From Mycolicibacterium smegmatis (GTDB lineage: Bacteria > Actinomycetota > Actinomycetes > Mycobacteriales > Mycobacteriaceae), in NCBI RefSeq assembly GCF_001457595.1, contig NZ_LN831039.1:6000001-6032000 (forward strand): DNA of 32,000 bases. Direction: 5' to 3'. The position numbers were made by a program, and so were the translations under genes. The notes under the pieces were generated by a model. That model saw nothing but the letters and a program-made list of their open reading frames with translations, searched no databases and had not been told where the DNA came from. Position 1 is the first letter of the stretch; every line of letters begins with the position of its first letter. Shown here piece after piece: positions 9,855 to 19,067 of this stretch.

Positions 9855-12425
9855 CCGCGCGAGGTGCCGCAGCACCAGCTCGTATGCCTTCCATGCGAGC
9901 ACTCCGGCCACCAGCGCGATGACGGTCGCGGCGACAAGCCGTAGATCGTGCATCACTCCCGAAGGCGCCGGTCTGGGTACTCGTGCGTCCGGCTGGTCGA
10001 CCAACAGCGACCGACCCCACTCCAGAAGGAAGAAGGTCAGCGGCTGCGTCAGGTAGATCATCAGGGACGCACCGGCCAGGATGGCGGTGATGCGCCGTAG
10101 CCCAACGGGAACCGGCACGCGGGTGACCCAGATGAGCAGCAGCAAGCCACACGCGATGACGAGCTTTCGCCCGCTGTCGCCGTCGGAGAAACCCGGGAGC
10201 ATGGCACCGCACACGGCCGCGACCGTCAACAGCACACGCTCACGGTCGCGGGTCGCGCGCGCCGCTGCCCAGCCGATCGCGAACAACCACAGTGTGGCGA
10301 CCGGGCGATACAGCTCCATCGCGCCGTCACCAGAGAAGGGCTGGAACCTCAGCGCGAGGCCGACAGCGACGAGACCGGTGGCGAACCCGAACGGCCAGGT
10401 CCGTTCGACACGACGGACCGCCGGGATCGCCAGCAGCACTGCGCAGAAGACAAGTGCGAGAACCAGCACCTCGATGAACCAGTAGTTCCACACCGGGTCC
10501 CAGGCATCCGGTCCGAGCTCGGGTCCTTCCGGTGCGAAGAGGTGCTCGATGAGCAGGATGTTCCATACGTCGTAGTGCCGCGTGATCGCGTAGGCGACCG
10601 CGATCACGATCACGGACGGAACCACGATGCGCACGATCGACCGGATCAAAGGCCGAACCCGTCCGCTCGTCGCGACCGCGCTGAGTTGAAATCGGGCGAA
10701 GCTGTGGCCGGCGACCGCAAGCAGAACGTGCGCGCCGCCGAACAGATACGTCAGGCCCACGTGATTGGCGCACACCAGGACGATCGCCACGGCACGCAGA
10801 ACGGTGCTGAGTTCCATCCATGCGAAGAGGCCACGCTGCTTGCTCCGCGCGTGCTGTTCCAGATCGGCGACGCTGCGCAGGTACCAGTGCGTGGGGAGTG
10901 TGCCGAGAAGATCATCGAGACGCCGTGACGTCTCGACGTAGGACAGCGAGTCACCTCCGAGGCTGACGAACGTATCGGTGTCCGCGACTTCGTCGACCGC
11001 GAGAACCTCACGGTAGAGCGCACGCACGTCACTGTTTTGCGCTGCGGGAGCGGCACTTTCTGTGCCTTGGGTGCGGCTTTCGGCGAGCCGCAGCACGCCC
11101 GCGTAGTCCGGTTTGCCGTTGGCGTTGTGGGGCAGTTCGTCGAGCACCACGGTCCGCACGGCGGTGGCGGGCAGACCCACCTTCGTGCAGACGACTGGGA
11201 CCGGATCGGGCGTGCTCCGCGTGACCGCGACGATCAGTCGTGCGTCGTCCCCCGCGCACAGGGCCTCGATGCCGTCGGCTCGCAGGCTGTGCTCCAGCTG
11301 GTCGAGGTCGACGCGTAGGCCGAACAGCTTCAGGAACCGGCTGCGCCGGCCGATGATCTCGTACAACCCATCGGCGCGGCGACGGGCCAGATCGCCGGTG
11401 TGAAGACAATCGATGGTGCGCCCGAGCGCGAGGTCACGAGACGTTGTGGCGTAGCCGAGCATGACATTCGGACCGTGGTAGATCAGTTCGGAGTCGCCGT
11501 CGATGGTGAATGCCCCACCGGGAATGGGCTGCCCGATCGCCTCGGGCGCATCGAGTACGCGCTCGGGCGGGAGGTACGCCATACGGGCGGTGGCCTCGGT
11601 CTGTCCGTACATGACGACCAGATCCCAGCCCCTGCGATGTCCGAGCTCGGCGAACCTCCGCACCCGGGCGGCGCTCATCTTGCCACCGGCTTGAGTGACG
11701 TAACGCAGGCTGGGCAGTTCGATATCGGCGAAACCCACGCTGTCCAGGAGGTCGAATGTGTAGGGGACCCCCGCGAACGACGTCGCCCCGGTCGCGCGCG
11801 CCAGGTCCCAGAATCCGGCGTCCACCACCGACAATCCGGTGACGACCACCGTCGCACCCTGCGTCAGATGGCTGTGCAGCACCGAGAGCCCGTAACAGTA
11901 GGACAACGGCAGCACCGTCATCGCCCGATCGGAGCCGTCGATTCCCAGGTACTGCGCGATCGCGCGGGCGTTGCTGTCGAGGTTCGCGTGGCTCAGGCGC
12001 ACCAATTTCGGTGAGCCGGTCGATCCCGATGTGGACAGCAGGAGCGCCAGGTCGGGATGCAGCTCATGCCGTGTAGTCAGGCGGCGCCGGTGCACTGTCC
12101 ACCCGTCTGCACCGTCGGTACCGATCACCACGTCGGGGTCGTATGCCGCCACTAGTGCGTCACGAGAGTCGGCGTTGGACGCCACCAGCACCACGTGCCC
12201 CGCACGCAACGCGGCCAGGTAGCTCACGATCGCCTCGACCGTGTTCCTCAGCTCGATCAGCACCAGGCAGCGGGCCATATCACACAGCTGTGACTCTGCC
12301 GAAACACGCGCGGAGAGTTCGGCATACGTGATGGTGCGCCGGTCGGTGATCAGGGCCGGGTGGTCTGAATGTTCATCCCACCCGTCGAGAAAACCCGCCC
12401 CACTCGCACCTGCCGTGCCGCGCAC
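9804..12425 (-). CDS. Adenylation domain, acyl carrier domain and multi-pass acyltransferase-3-like membrane domain fused in one protein
   Basis: A domain: LLLSTSGSTGSPKLVRLSH, VMYGQTEATARM, LHTGDLARR, IIGRRSRFLKLFGLRVDLDQLE, NANGKPDY. Carrier: TFVSLGGDSLSYVE. C-terminus: LSTVLRAVAIVLVCANHVG... followed by about ten hydrophobic segments. GTG start. Confidence 0.85.
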   Translation of the reverse strand: MRGTAGASGAGFLDGWDEHSDHPALITDRRTITYAELSARVSAESQLCDMARCLVLIELRNTVEAIVSYLAALRAGHVVLVASNADSRDALVAAYDPDVVIGTDGADGWTVHRRRLTTRHELHPDLALLLSTSGSTGSPKLVRLSHANLDSNARAIAQYLGIDGSDRAMTVLPLSYCYGLSVLHSHLTQGATVVVTGLSVVDAGFWDLARATGATSFAGVPYTFDLLDSVGFADIELPSLRYVTQAGGKMSAARVRRFAELGHRRGWDLVVMYGQTEATARMAYLPPERVLDAPEAIGQPIPGGAFTIDGDSELIYHGPNVMLGYATTSRDLALGRTIDCLHTGDLARRRADGLYEIIGRRSRFLKLFGLRVDLDQLEHSLRADGIEALCAGDDARLIVAVTRSTPDPVPVVCTKVGLPATAVRTVVLDELPHNANGKPDYAGVLRLAESRTQGTESAAPAAQNSDVRALYREVLAVDEVADTDTFVSLGGDSLSYVETSRRLDDLLGTLPTHWYLRSVADLEQHARSKQRGLFAWMELSTVLRAVAIVLVCANHVGLTYLFGGAHVLLAVAGHSFARFQLSAVATSGRVRPLIRSIVRIVVPSVIVIAVAYAITRHYDVWNILLIEHLFAPEGPELGPDAWDPVWNYWFIEVLVLALVFCAVLLAIPAVRRVERTWPFGFATGLVAVGLALRFQPFSGDGAMELYRPVATLWLFAIGWAAARATRDRERVLLTVAAVCGAMLPGFSDGDSGRKLVIACGLLLLIWVTRVPVPVGLRRITAILAGASLMIYLTQPLTFFLLEWGRSLLVDQPDARVPRPAPSGVMHDLRLVAATVIALVAGVLAWKAYELVLRHLARLRRDQLHTREHDGVVP

Positions 12426-12458
12426 AGCAAATATTGTGTCAGCATCTGGCGTCGACCG

Positions 12459-12620
12459 TCACCGACTCAGCGAACTTGCCCCGAGTATGAATAACTTGCC
12501 TTTCGTCGTGACACCGGTGATGTAGAGTCCGTTGCCAGCAAGCGCCTCGCGTTTCCACAGCATCTTGGCGATGAGCGCCCCGGTAGCGGCAGAGGGTGCG
12601 TCCCATACGATCTGCCGCCC
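12459..12620 (-). pseudogene. Possible C-terminal gene remnant ...GRQIVWDAPSAATGALIAKMLWKREALAGNGLYITGVTTKGKLFILGASSLSR*
   Basis: Protein-like stretch with mostly GC-ending codons, terminated by a stop, with no credible upstream coding portion. Lies in the divergent gap between the A-ACP-AT3 gene and the GMC oxidoreductase. Confidence 0.25.
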
Positions 12621-12640
12621 CACATGCGAACGAGATGCGA

Positions 12641-14242
12641 ATGAAGAGCACTGACGAATCCCCTTACGACGCAATCGTCGTGGGTTCCGGCGCGGCAGGG
12701 TCCTGGGCGGCCAAAGAGCTGACCGAAAGTGGTCTGCGAGTGGTCCTGCTGGAGGCCGGTCGGGCTGTTGATCCCGCGAGGGATTTTCCCGCTGAGGCGC
12801 CGACGGGCGCCATCGGGATGGCGAGCCGCGCAAAAGCCGCCGTCAGCGGCCAATTCGTCCAGGCGCAGTGCGCGGCATTCTTCGAGACCACCAAGCACTT
12901 CTACGTCAACGACCGGCAGAACCCGTACACCACAACGCCTGGTAAACGGTTTCTCTGGTATCGCGGCCGCCAACTCGGGGGCCGTCTGCACACATGGTCC
13001 AGGCATGTTCCGCGGATGTCGGACAACGAATTCAAATCCGCGAGCCTGCGTGGGCACGGCATCGACTGGCCGATCTCGTACGAGGACGTGGCGCCGTTCT
13101 ACGACATCGTCGAACAGACGCTCGGCGTCCACGGCGCCCCTTCGGGCATCGCTTCCTGCCCCGACGGGAAATTCCTCGGACCCGCGAAAACCACGCAGAT
13201 AGAGGAGAAGTTCAAGACCAGCCTCGAGAACCGCTTACCGAACGTGCGTGTGACCTACGGAAGAACTGTCAGGTACGACCGGGAAAGAATCCCGCTGCCG
13301 CTACGCCTCGCCATGGGTACCGGAAACCTCGAGATCCGTACCGACGCCGTCGTACGCCGCCTGATGATCGATCCACGGACCGGGAAAGCCGTGGGCGTCG
13401 ACTACGTCGACCGGAGCACCGGCGCGGCGCAAGCCGTTCACGGCAGGGTGGTCGTGCTGTGCGCGTCGGCGATCGAAAGCGTCAGGATCCTTCTGAATTC
13501 AAGAACCGCAACGCATCCCGCCGGTGTGGGCAACTCGTCCGGCCATCTCGGCAGGTACGTATGTGATCACGTCGCCTACGCGCAGAGCGGCAGCGTTGCC
13601 GAACACGAGATCGAACCAAGTCCCGCCGAAGACGGGTTCGACTTCGCCGCGACCGGTCTGTACATCCCGAATTTCTGCGACCCTGCCGCCGTCGGATTTC
13701 CCGGTGGCTATGGTATTCAGATCGGCATCGGACGTGGTAAGCCGACCTGGAGCATGTACGCCCTCGGGGAGATGCAACCGCGGTTCGACAACCGGGTGTC
13801 ACTGGACCCCAGGGTCACCGATGCGTGGGGCGTGCCGGCCGCGCGGATCGAGTGCAGCCACTCCCCTGACGAGGTCAGGATGGTCGGCCACATGCGGTCG
13901 ACGATCCGCGAGATCGCCACGGCCGGTGGCCTTCCGGTCGAAAACGATCATGACCTCGGGCGCCGCAGCATCGCACTGCGATTGCTTCGGTCCCGCTTCT
14001 TCACCGACTACGGCGCGTACTGGCCGGGGGCGGCCGTCCACGAGAGCGGCGGCGCCAGAATGGGCGAGCGCCCGGACAACTCGGTACTCAATCCCTACTG
14101 TCAGGTCTGGGATGCCGACAACGTCTTCGTGACCGACGGCGCGTGTTTCGTCTCATCGGGTTTCCAGAACCACACCCTCACGATGATGGCACTCACCGTG
14201 CGGGCGTGCCGGTTCATCGCTGAGGATTACTTGAAGCACTGA
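12641..14242 (+). CDS. GMC-family / FAD-dependent oxidoreductase
   Basis: MKSTDESPYDAIVVGSGAAGSWAAKELTESGLRVVLLEAG (GxGxxG), C-terminal DNSVLNPYCQVWDADNVFVTDGACFVSSGFQNHTLTMMALTVRACRF. ATG at 12641 preferred over track start 12596. Confidence 0.87.
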   Translation: MKSTDESPYDAIVVGSGAAGSWAAKELTESGLRVVLLEAGRAVDPARDFPAEAPTGAIGMASRAKAAVSGQFVQAQCAAFFETTKHFYVNDRQNPYTTTPGKRFLWYRGRQLGGRLHTWSRHVPRMSDNEFKSASLRGHGIDWPISYEDVAPFYDIVEQTLGVHGAPSGIASCPDGKFLGPAKTTQIEEKFKTSLENRLPNVRVTYGRTVRYDRERIPLPLRLAMGTGNLEIRTDAVVRRLMIDPRTGKAVGVDYVDRSTGAAQAVHGRVVVLCASAIESVRILLNSRTATHPAGVGNSSGHLGRYVCDHVAYAQSGSVAEHEIEPSPAEDGFDFAATGLYIPNFCDPAAVGFPGGYGIQIGIGRGKPTWSMYALGEMQPRFDNRVSLDPRVTDAWGVPAARIECSHSPDEVRMVGHMRSTIREIATAGGLPVENDHDLGRRSIALRLLRSRFFTDYGAYWPGAAVHESGGARMGERPDNSVLNPYCQVWDADNVFVTDGACFVSSGFQNHTLTMMALTVRACRFIAEDYLKH

Positions 14243-14276
14243 CAGCCATATGCCTGGTTCAAGGTACAGTCGCGAC

Positions 14277-14855
14277 ATGCCCGATACCGCCAGGGGCGCG
14301 AAACTCACACCCCGCCGGCGACGCTTTCGCAACGGGATGTTGGCGTTCTGCCTGATTCTCACCGCAGCACTGGTCGCCGGGTTACCGGTTTACGTCTTTC
14401 CCCAAGTCGATCCGCCGCGGCATGCCGACGCCGTCCTGATCCTCGGCGGCCCGGATTATCGCCGATACGGATTCGGGTTCGATCTGGGCAGGGAGGGTTG
14501 GGCGCAAACCGTCGTGGTATCGAACCCGAATGGGGCCGACGACCCGTTCATGACCGAGTACTGTGCCGAACCGCATCCTGAATTCCATTTGATCTGCTTC
14601 ATTCCGGATCCCCGAACGACCAAGGGGGAAGGACGAGAACTCCGCCGGTTGGCGGAAGAGAACGGCTGGCAGCGGGTCATCGTGGTGACCATTCGACCGC
14701 ACATCTCCCGGGCGAGGTACATCCTCGAACAGTGCTATGCCGGCGAACTGGTGATGGTGGCTCTGCCGGTTCGGTTGTCGTTGTTCGAGTGGGCGTTCCA
14801 CTACGTCTACCAGACGGCTGGTTATGCGCGAGCGATGTTGCAACCCGGATGTTGA
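14277..14855 (+). CDS. YdcF/SanA (DUF218)-family membrane-anchored protein
   Basis: N-terminal TM (GMLAFCLILTAALVAGLPVYVF) then HADAVLILGGPDYRRYGF...VVVSNPNG...VIVVTIRPHISRARYI. Alternative start at 14250. Confidence 0.7.
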   Translation: MPDTARGAKLTPRRRRFRNGMLAFCLILTAALVAGLPVYVFPQVDPPRHADAVLILGGPDYRRYGFGFDLGREGWAQTVVVSNPNGADDPFMTEYCAEPHPEFHLICFIPDPRTTKGEGRELRRLAEENGWQRVIVVTIRPHISRARYILEQCYAGELVMVALPVRLSLFEWAFHYVYQTAGYARAMLQPGC

Positions 14856-14889
14856 GTGGACGGCACCATTTCGGACCTACGATGACGAC

Positions 14890-15501
14890 ATGACGCGTGA
14901 CCGACGGACGACACTGCTCACGCTCGCGCGCGTCTGGGCCTATCCGTTGTGGTTCACCGTCAACCGATCGGACGCGGCGGACGTGGTCACCGAGGATGTC
15001 GACTGGTGGATGAGCTGCATCGACGATCCCGATCTGTCTGCCCTCGATCACTATTCGCGTTTCGCCTACCTGAGTGGCGCGCTGTGTGAATTCCGCACGC
15101 TCGTCCACTACCGGCTGCGATCTGTTCCATGGCCGCTGCGCGTGCTCCTGCGCAAGCTGTACCCGCCCGAACCCACCCTGACGCTCGACGTCGGCAGCAT
15201 CGGGCCGGCCTTCTTCATCCAGCACGGTGTGGGGACCATCGTCGCCGCGGAATCCATCGGGTCCCACTGCTGGATCAACCAGCAGGTCACCATCGGGCAC
15301 AACACTCGAGGCAGGCCGACATTGGGCGACCACGTGCGGGTGGGGGCCGGAGCGGTGGTGATCGGTCCGATCACCCTGCACGACAGAGCGACGATCGGAG
15401 TCAACGCGACGGTGATCCACGATGTGCCCGCCGGCGCGACCGTCGTCGCACCCGCTGCGACGATGCTCAACCGACCGGCGACCGGCGACGCACAAGCCTA
15501 G
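14890..15501 (+). CDS. Serine-acetyltransferase-like left-handed beta-helix acyltransferase
   Basis: Hexapeptide repeats: GPAFFIQHGVGTIVAAESIGSHCWINQQVTIGHNTRGRPTLGDHVRVGAGAVVIGPITLHDRATIGVNATVIHDVPAGATVV. Confidence 0.82.
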   Translation: MTRDRRTTLLTLARVWAYPLWFTVNRSDAADVVTEDVDWWMSCIDDPDLSALDHYSRFAYLSGALCEFRTLVHYRLRSVPWPLRVLLRKLYPPEPTLTLDVGSIGPAFFIQHGVGTIVAAESIGSHCWINQQVTIGHNTRGRPTLGDHVRVGAGAVVIGPITLHDRATIGVNATVIHDVPAGATVVAPAATMLNRPATGDAQA

Positions 15502-16786
15502 GCACCCACAGCAGATCAGGGAGTACCTGCGCTGTGAGGATCGCAAGCGCCGAAGCGAACACCACCCCGACCGCACCGAAGCGGGCAACCACCAGGCATC
15601 CGAGCCCGATGCTGACGGCTGCCATCGTCAACGTCCAAAGCGCCTGCCACCGAGCCTCATTCGACCTGGTCAGAAGGACCGAGGACGCGAAATGCACGGC
15701 TTGGCCGACCAGGACGGCGCCGAACGCCAGGGCAAGCCAAGCAGAAACATCGATCTCTCCATCCGACAGCACCGATGCCGCCCAGGGGCCGAGCAACCCC
15801 AGGAGCACCATCGCCACGATCCCCACGACAGCCAGCGCGACCGTGAGTTGCCACCACATGCGGATCGTCGCGTCCACGACGCTTCTTCTCTTGACGAAGA
15901 TCGGCCAGTACGCCAGGGCCGCAGTCGACAGGATCTGCCAGCCGATCGCGTAGATCTGCGCCATCAACGCGTAACGGGACAATTCCTCGGGCGTCGAAAG
16001 GTGCGCCAACAGAACTCGTCCGCCCTGAGACCCGATCGGAATGCCCACGCCGACCAGGAACAGCCACATACTGCCGGCCAGCAGGCGAGTTCCTGCTCGC
16101 GACGAGGACACCGACGAGAACACGTCCGCTCCGAGCCCGGACAGTCGCAGCGCCAGTACGGTACCGACCAACTGGCCGATGAGCAGACCACCCAGTGCCG
16201 ATATGGCATACCAGATCCCACTTGCTCCCATGCCACGCAGTACGAGTGTGAGTCCCAGCCCGAATGCGGGGCAGCTCATCAAAACCAGTGTGGCCATCGG
16301 ATTCCGGTCTATGCCCACCAGGATCCGCGGCCCGAGGCCGGCTGGAATGGTCAGTGCAAATATGCACACGGCAACAGTGATCGCCCAGCGGTCCTCGGGG
16401 CCGCTGGCGAATCCGATCGCCGCGCGCCATCCGTCGAGCACCATGACACCCAACGCGATCGCGATCAGGGTGCCGGCGACCAGGAAAAGGACGCGGTAGG
16501 CGCGCCGGATGACATCGACGGCCTCATCATGATCTTTGCCGCCGAGCATCGCCGCGGCGTTGATCGCCGTGGCTCCGATACCGAGGTCGGCAAACGGAAA
16601 CAACAGGGTGACCGTGGCGATGAGTGAGACCAGACCGAACACGGCTTCGCCTGTCTCGCGGACGATGATCGCCGTGTTCAGCAGGCCCAGCAACGCCACG
16701 ACCGGTGTTCCGAGGATGCGGTACAGCGGGCCGAGCACCAGCGAACGGCGCTCCTCGGGTGCCAGACGCCCCTGATCGGTCGTCAT
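15467..16786 (-). CDS. Wzx-like polysaccharide flippase (MOP/MATE superfamily)
   Basis: MTTDQGRLAPEERRSLVLGPLYRILGTPVVALLGLLNTAIIVRETGEAVFGLVSLIATVTLLFPFADLGIGATAINAAAM...; about twelve hydrophobic segments, 439 aa. Track start 17137 is too early. Confidence 0.82.
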   Translation of the reverse strand: MTTDQGRLAPEERRSLVLGPLYRILGTPVVALLGLLNTAIIVRETGEAVFGLVSLIATVTLLFPFADLGIGATAINAAAMLGGKDHDEAVDVIRRAYRVLFLVAGTLIAIALGVMVLDGWRAAIGFASGPEDRWAITVAVCIFALTIPAGLGPRILVGIDRNPMATLVLMSCPAFGLGLTLVLRGMGASGIWYAISALGGLLIGQLVGTVLALRLSGLGADVFSSVSSSRAGTRLLAGSMWLFLVGVGIPIGSQGGRVLLAHLSTPEELSRYALMAQIYAIGWQILSTAALAYWPIFVKRRSVVDATIRMWWQLTVALAVVGIVAMVLLGLLGPWAASVLSDGEIDVSAWLALAFGAVLVGQAVHFASSVLLTRSNEARWQALWTLTMAAVSIGLGCLVVARFGAVGVVFASALAILTAQVLPDLLWVPRLVRRRSPVG

Positions 16787-17685
16787 CGCCGGACGGCCGA
16801 GAACCGGCGCACGACGATCCTGACCGCGTTCAGAATCGCGTAGGTCAGAGCGACAACGCCCGGCCGGGCGTACCGCACCGCCGACCACGTCGCTCTGGCC
16901 ACCCCGCTCAGTGACCCAGCCGAGACCGCCGCACTCACGGGACTGGTGCAGAGATAGTCGCCGAGAACCCGCGGTGACTCCGGCGCAAGGTGGCGTAACC
17001 CCCAGCGGATGTATATGCCAGTTCGATCGGTGGTGTCGCGGGAGACCGAACGGCCGTGCACGTTGTAGATGGTCAACGGTTCGGGGAGTTGAATCACGCG
17101 CAGGTCGGGCACGGTGCGCTGTACCCGTATCAGCCAACTGGGCTCATCGTGGGGTTGGTCGAGCGGTGCGCCCCACGGAATCGATCGTGCCAGCGCGGTG
17201 GGGAAGCACAGGGTGGACGTCTGCAGATTGGCGTTGCCGAATCCCAGTCGCTCGAACCGGAACAGATACTCCGCCACGGCCTCTCCTGGCGCGATGAGGC
17301 GCTGGGGCCATATGCGCCGCCGATCGCCCGGCCCGTGGACCAGCATCCTGGAGGACACGATCCAGTGGTCGTCGCCGAACTCCTCGACTGCCGCGAGCTG
17401 ACGGGTCAGCTTGGTCGGCCGCCACAGGTCGTCATCGTCGAGCAACGCGATGACGGTCCCCCGTGCGGCATCGATACCCAGTTGCCGGCTTCGTGCCGGG
17501 CCGTGACCGGGTGGTGCCGCGAGAACCTTGATCCGATCGTCGCCCGGGAGGCGCACCTGCACATCCGGTTCCGCGACGACGAGAATCTCATCGACGGGAT
17601 ATGTCTGCCCGAGCGTCGACTGGACGGCACACGCGAGAGACGGTCTGCCGATCGTGGCGATCACCACGCTGACGCTGGGTTTCAT
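16783..17685 (-). CDS. Family 2 glycosyltransferase
   Basis: MKPSVSVVIATIGRPSLACAVQSTLGQTYPVDEILVV...ALLDDDDLWRPTKL. Start at 17685 overlaps the upstream stop; the stop overlaps the flippase start (ATGA). Confidence 0.88.
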   Translation of the reverse strand: MKPSVSVVIATIGRPSLACAVQSTLGQTYPVDEILVVAEPDVQVRLPGDDRIKVLAAPPGHGPARSRQLGIDAARGTVIALLDDDDLWRPTKLTRQLAAVEEFGDDHWIVSSRMLVHGPGDRRRIWPQRLIAPGEAVAEYLFRFERLGFGNANLQTSTLCFPTALARSIPWGAPLDQPHDEPSWLIRVQRTVPDLRVIQLPEPLTIYNVHGRSVSRDTTDRTGIYIRWGLRHLAPESPRVLGDYLCTSPVSAAVSAGSLSGVARATWSAVRYARPGVVALTYAILNAVRIVVRRFSAVRR

Positions 17686-18884
17686 CAGCTGTCTGACCGT
17701 ACCGATCGACCGCGAAAGTGAGTGGCGGAGAACAGCAACGCGATGCATACGAAAGTGGGAATCATGTTGTACAGCCACGGGCCGTACATGATGTCCCAGA
17801 TGCCCTGCAGTGCCACTGTGACGCCCAGCGGTGCCCATCGACCGAGCCTGGTGAAGTTCCACACGATGCCGAGGCATGCCACCAGCAGTGCCGCGGGTAG
17901 GAGCACTGCCAGCACGCCTCCTTCGGCCCAAGAGCCCAGAAGAATCGAATGCATCGCGGAATAGTTGGTGGGCGGTAATTCCCAGTACACGTCGAAGGGG
18001 AACGTCGGATCGAACCCAAGCCGGGTCGCAAGATGCTGGGCGCGCGTGTACACGTCGGGGGTCAGGTTCATGGCACTTCCCCAACCCAGAAGCGGATGCT
18101 CGAGAATTGCGGTGATGCTCATGGGTGGTTCGGTCCGGCCCGCGAGCAGTAGCGGCACGTTGAACGCGTCCTGCTCGATGGTCTTGCGTTGCAGTGCCGA
18201 TCCGAACAGTCCGGTGCGAGCGACCATCGGCATCACGTACGCGAACGCCACACCGATCATGATGAGACCCGCGAACTGCCATCCGCGGCGGAGTCTGGAC
18301 CCAAAAATGTGATCTATCAACAAGGTTCCGGCGGCGAGGAAACACACCAGCGCGTGCGCGCGATAGTTCAGCCCCAGACTGGCCAAACCGAGCGCGAGCA
18401 GCGCAACCGGTATCACCAGGCGCGGTGCCCGCAAAATCGTCAGACCGAACACGAGGACGATCGTCACGGCAGCGGCGATGCCGTATTTCCAGGTATCCGC
18501 GAAACGCCCGGTGTGGGTCAGTTCGATCCCCTCCGTCACGAAGAAGACGATCGCGCCGACGGCCAGTCCTGCCAACACCACTGCGATCGAGTCGACTGCA
18601 CGCCTTGTGATCACCGTCAACCCGATGAAGTACAACCCGAAAGCCGCAGGCGCAAGGGCGTTCGGCCACAACACGCTCACGTCGTTCACCAGACACGACG
18701 CGAGGAACGAGATCCAGCCCAGAGCGGCGAGCAGAAGAGGTAGGACGTCGATTCCCCGGTGCGACATGAGGAACCACGCCGGCGCGATCAGCAGACATAT
18801 CAGGGACAGTGCTGTCACCGTCACGTTGGCGCCCTGTATCGCCGAGGCTGCGGCAGCCACGAAAATCAAGATCTGGCCGGGCAT
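17685..18884 (-). CDS. Wzy/O-antigen-ligase-like membrane protein
   Basis: 399 aa polytopic protein starting MPGQILIFVAAAASAIQG; O-antigen ligase-type HP..G.G motif (AILEHPLLGWGSAMN). Track start 19415 is too early. Confidence 0.78.
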   Translation of the reverse strand: MPGQILIFVAAAASAIQGANVTVTALSLICLLIAPAWFLMSHRGIDVLPLLLAALGWISFLASCLVNDVSVLWPNALAPAAFGLYFIGLTVITRRAVDSIAVVLAGLAVGAIVFFVTEGIELTHTGRFADTWKYGIAAAVTIVLVFGLTILRAPRLVIPVALLALGLASLGLNYRAHALVCFLAAGTLLIDHIFGSRLRRGWQFAGLIMIGVAFAYVMPMVARTGLFGSALQRKTIEQDAFNVPLLLAGRTEPPMSITAILEHPLLGWGSAMNLTPDVYTRAQHLATRLGFDPTFPFDVYWELPPTNYSAMHSILLGSWAEGGVLAVLLPAALLVACLGIVWNFTRLGRWAPLGVTVALQGIWDIMYGPWLYNMIPTFVCIALLFSATHFRGRSVRSDS

Positions 18885-19067
18885 TACGGAATGCACTCGG
18901 CTTTTGTCCTGTAGCGAACAGGGTGCGAGCTCGGTAGTTGTCAACACACACCCCCAATTGACCGATGCGCGCAAAAGTTGACGATAGCTGTTTACGCGGT
19001 TTCGCGTGGCGAAGTCGTAGCTCCCGTTACCATATTCCTCGTCAGATCCTTTGCTAGCGGAGGCAAT

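Noticed and set aside
17686-18957. N-terminal extension of the track ORF 16783..18957
   Set aside because: The section before MKPSVSVVIATIGRP is out of frame with the Wzy-like gene and has no protein character; the real GT2 starts at 17685.
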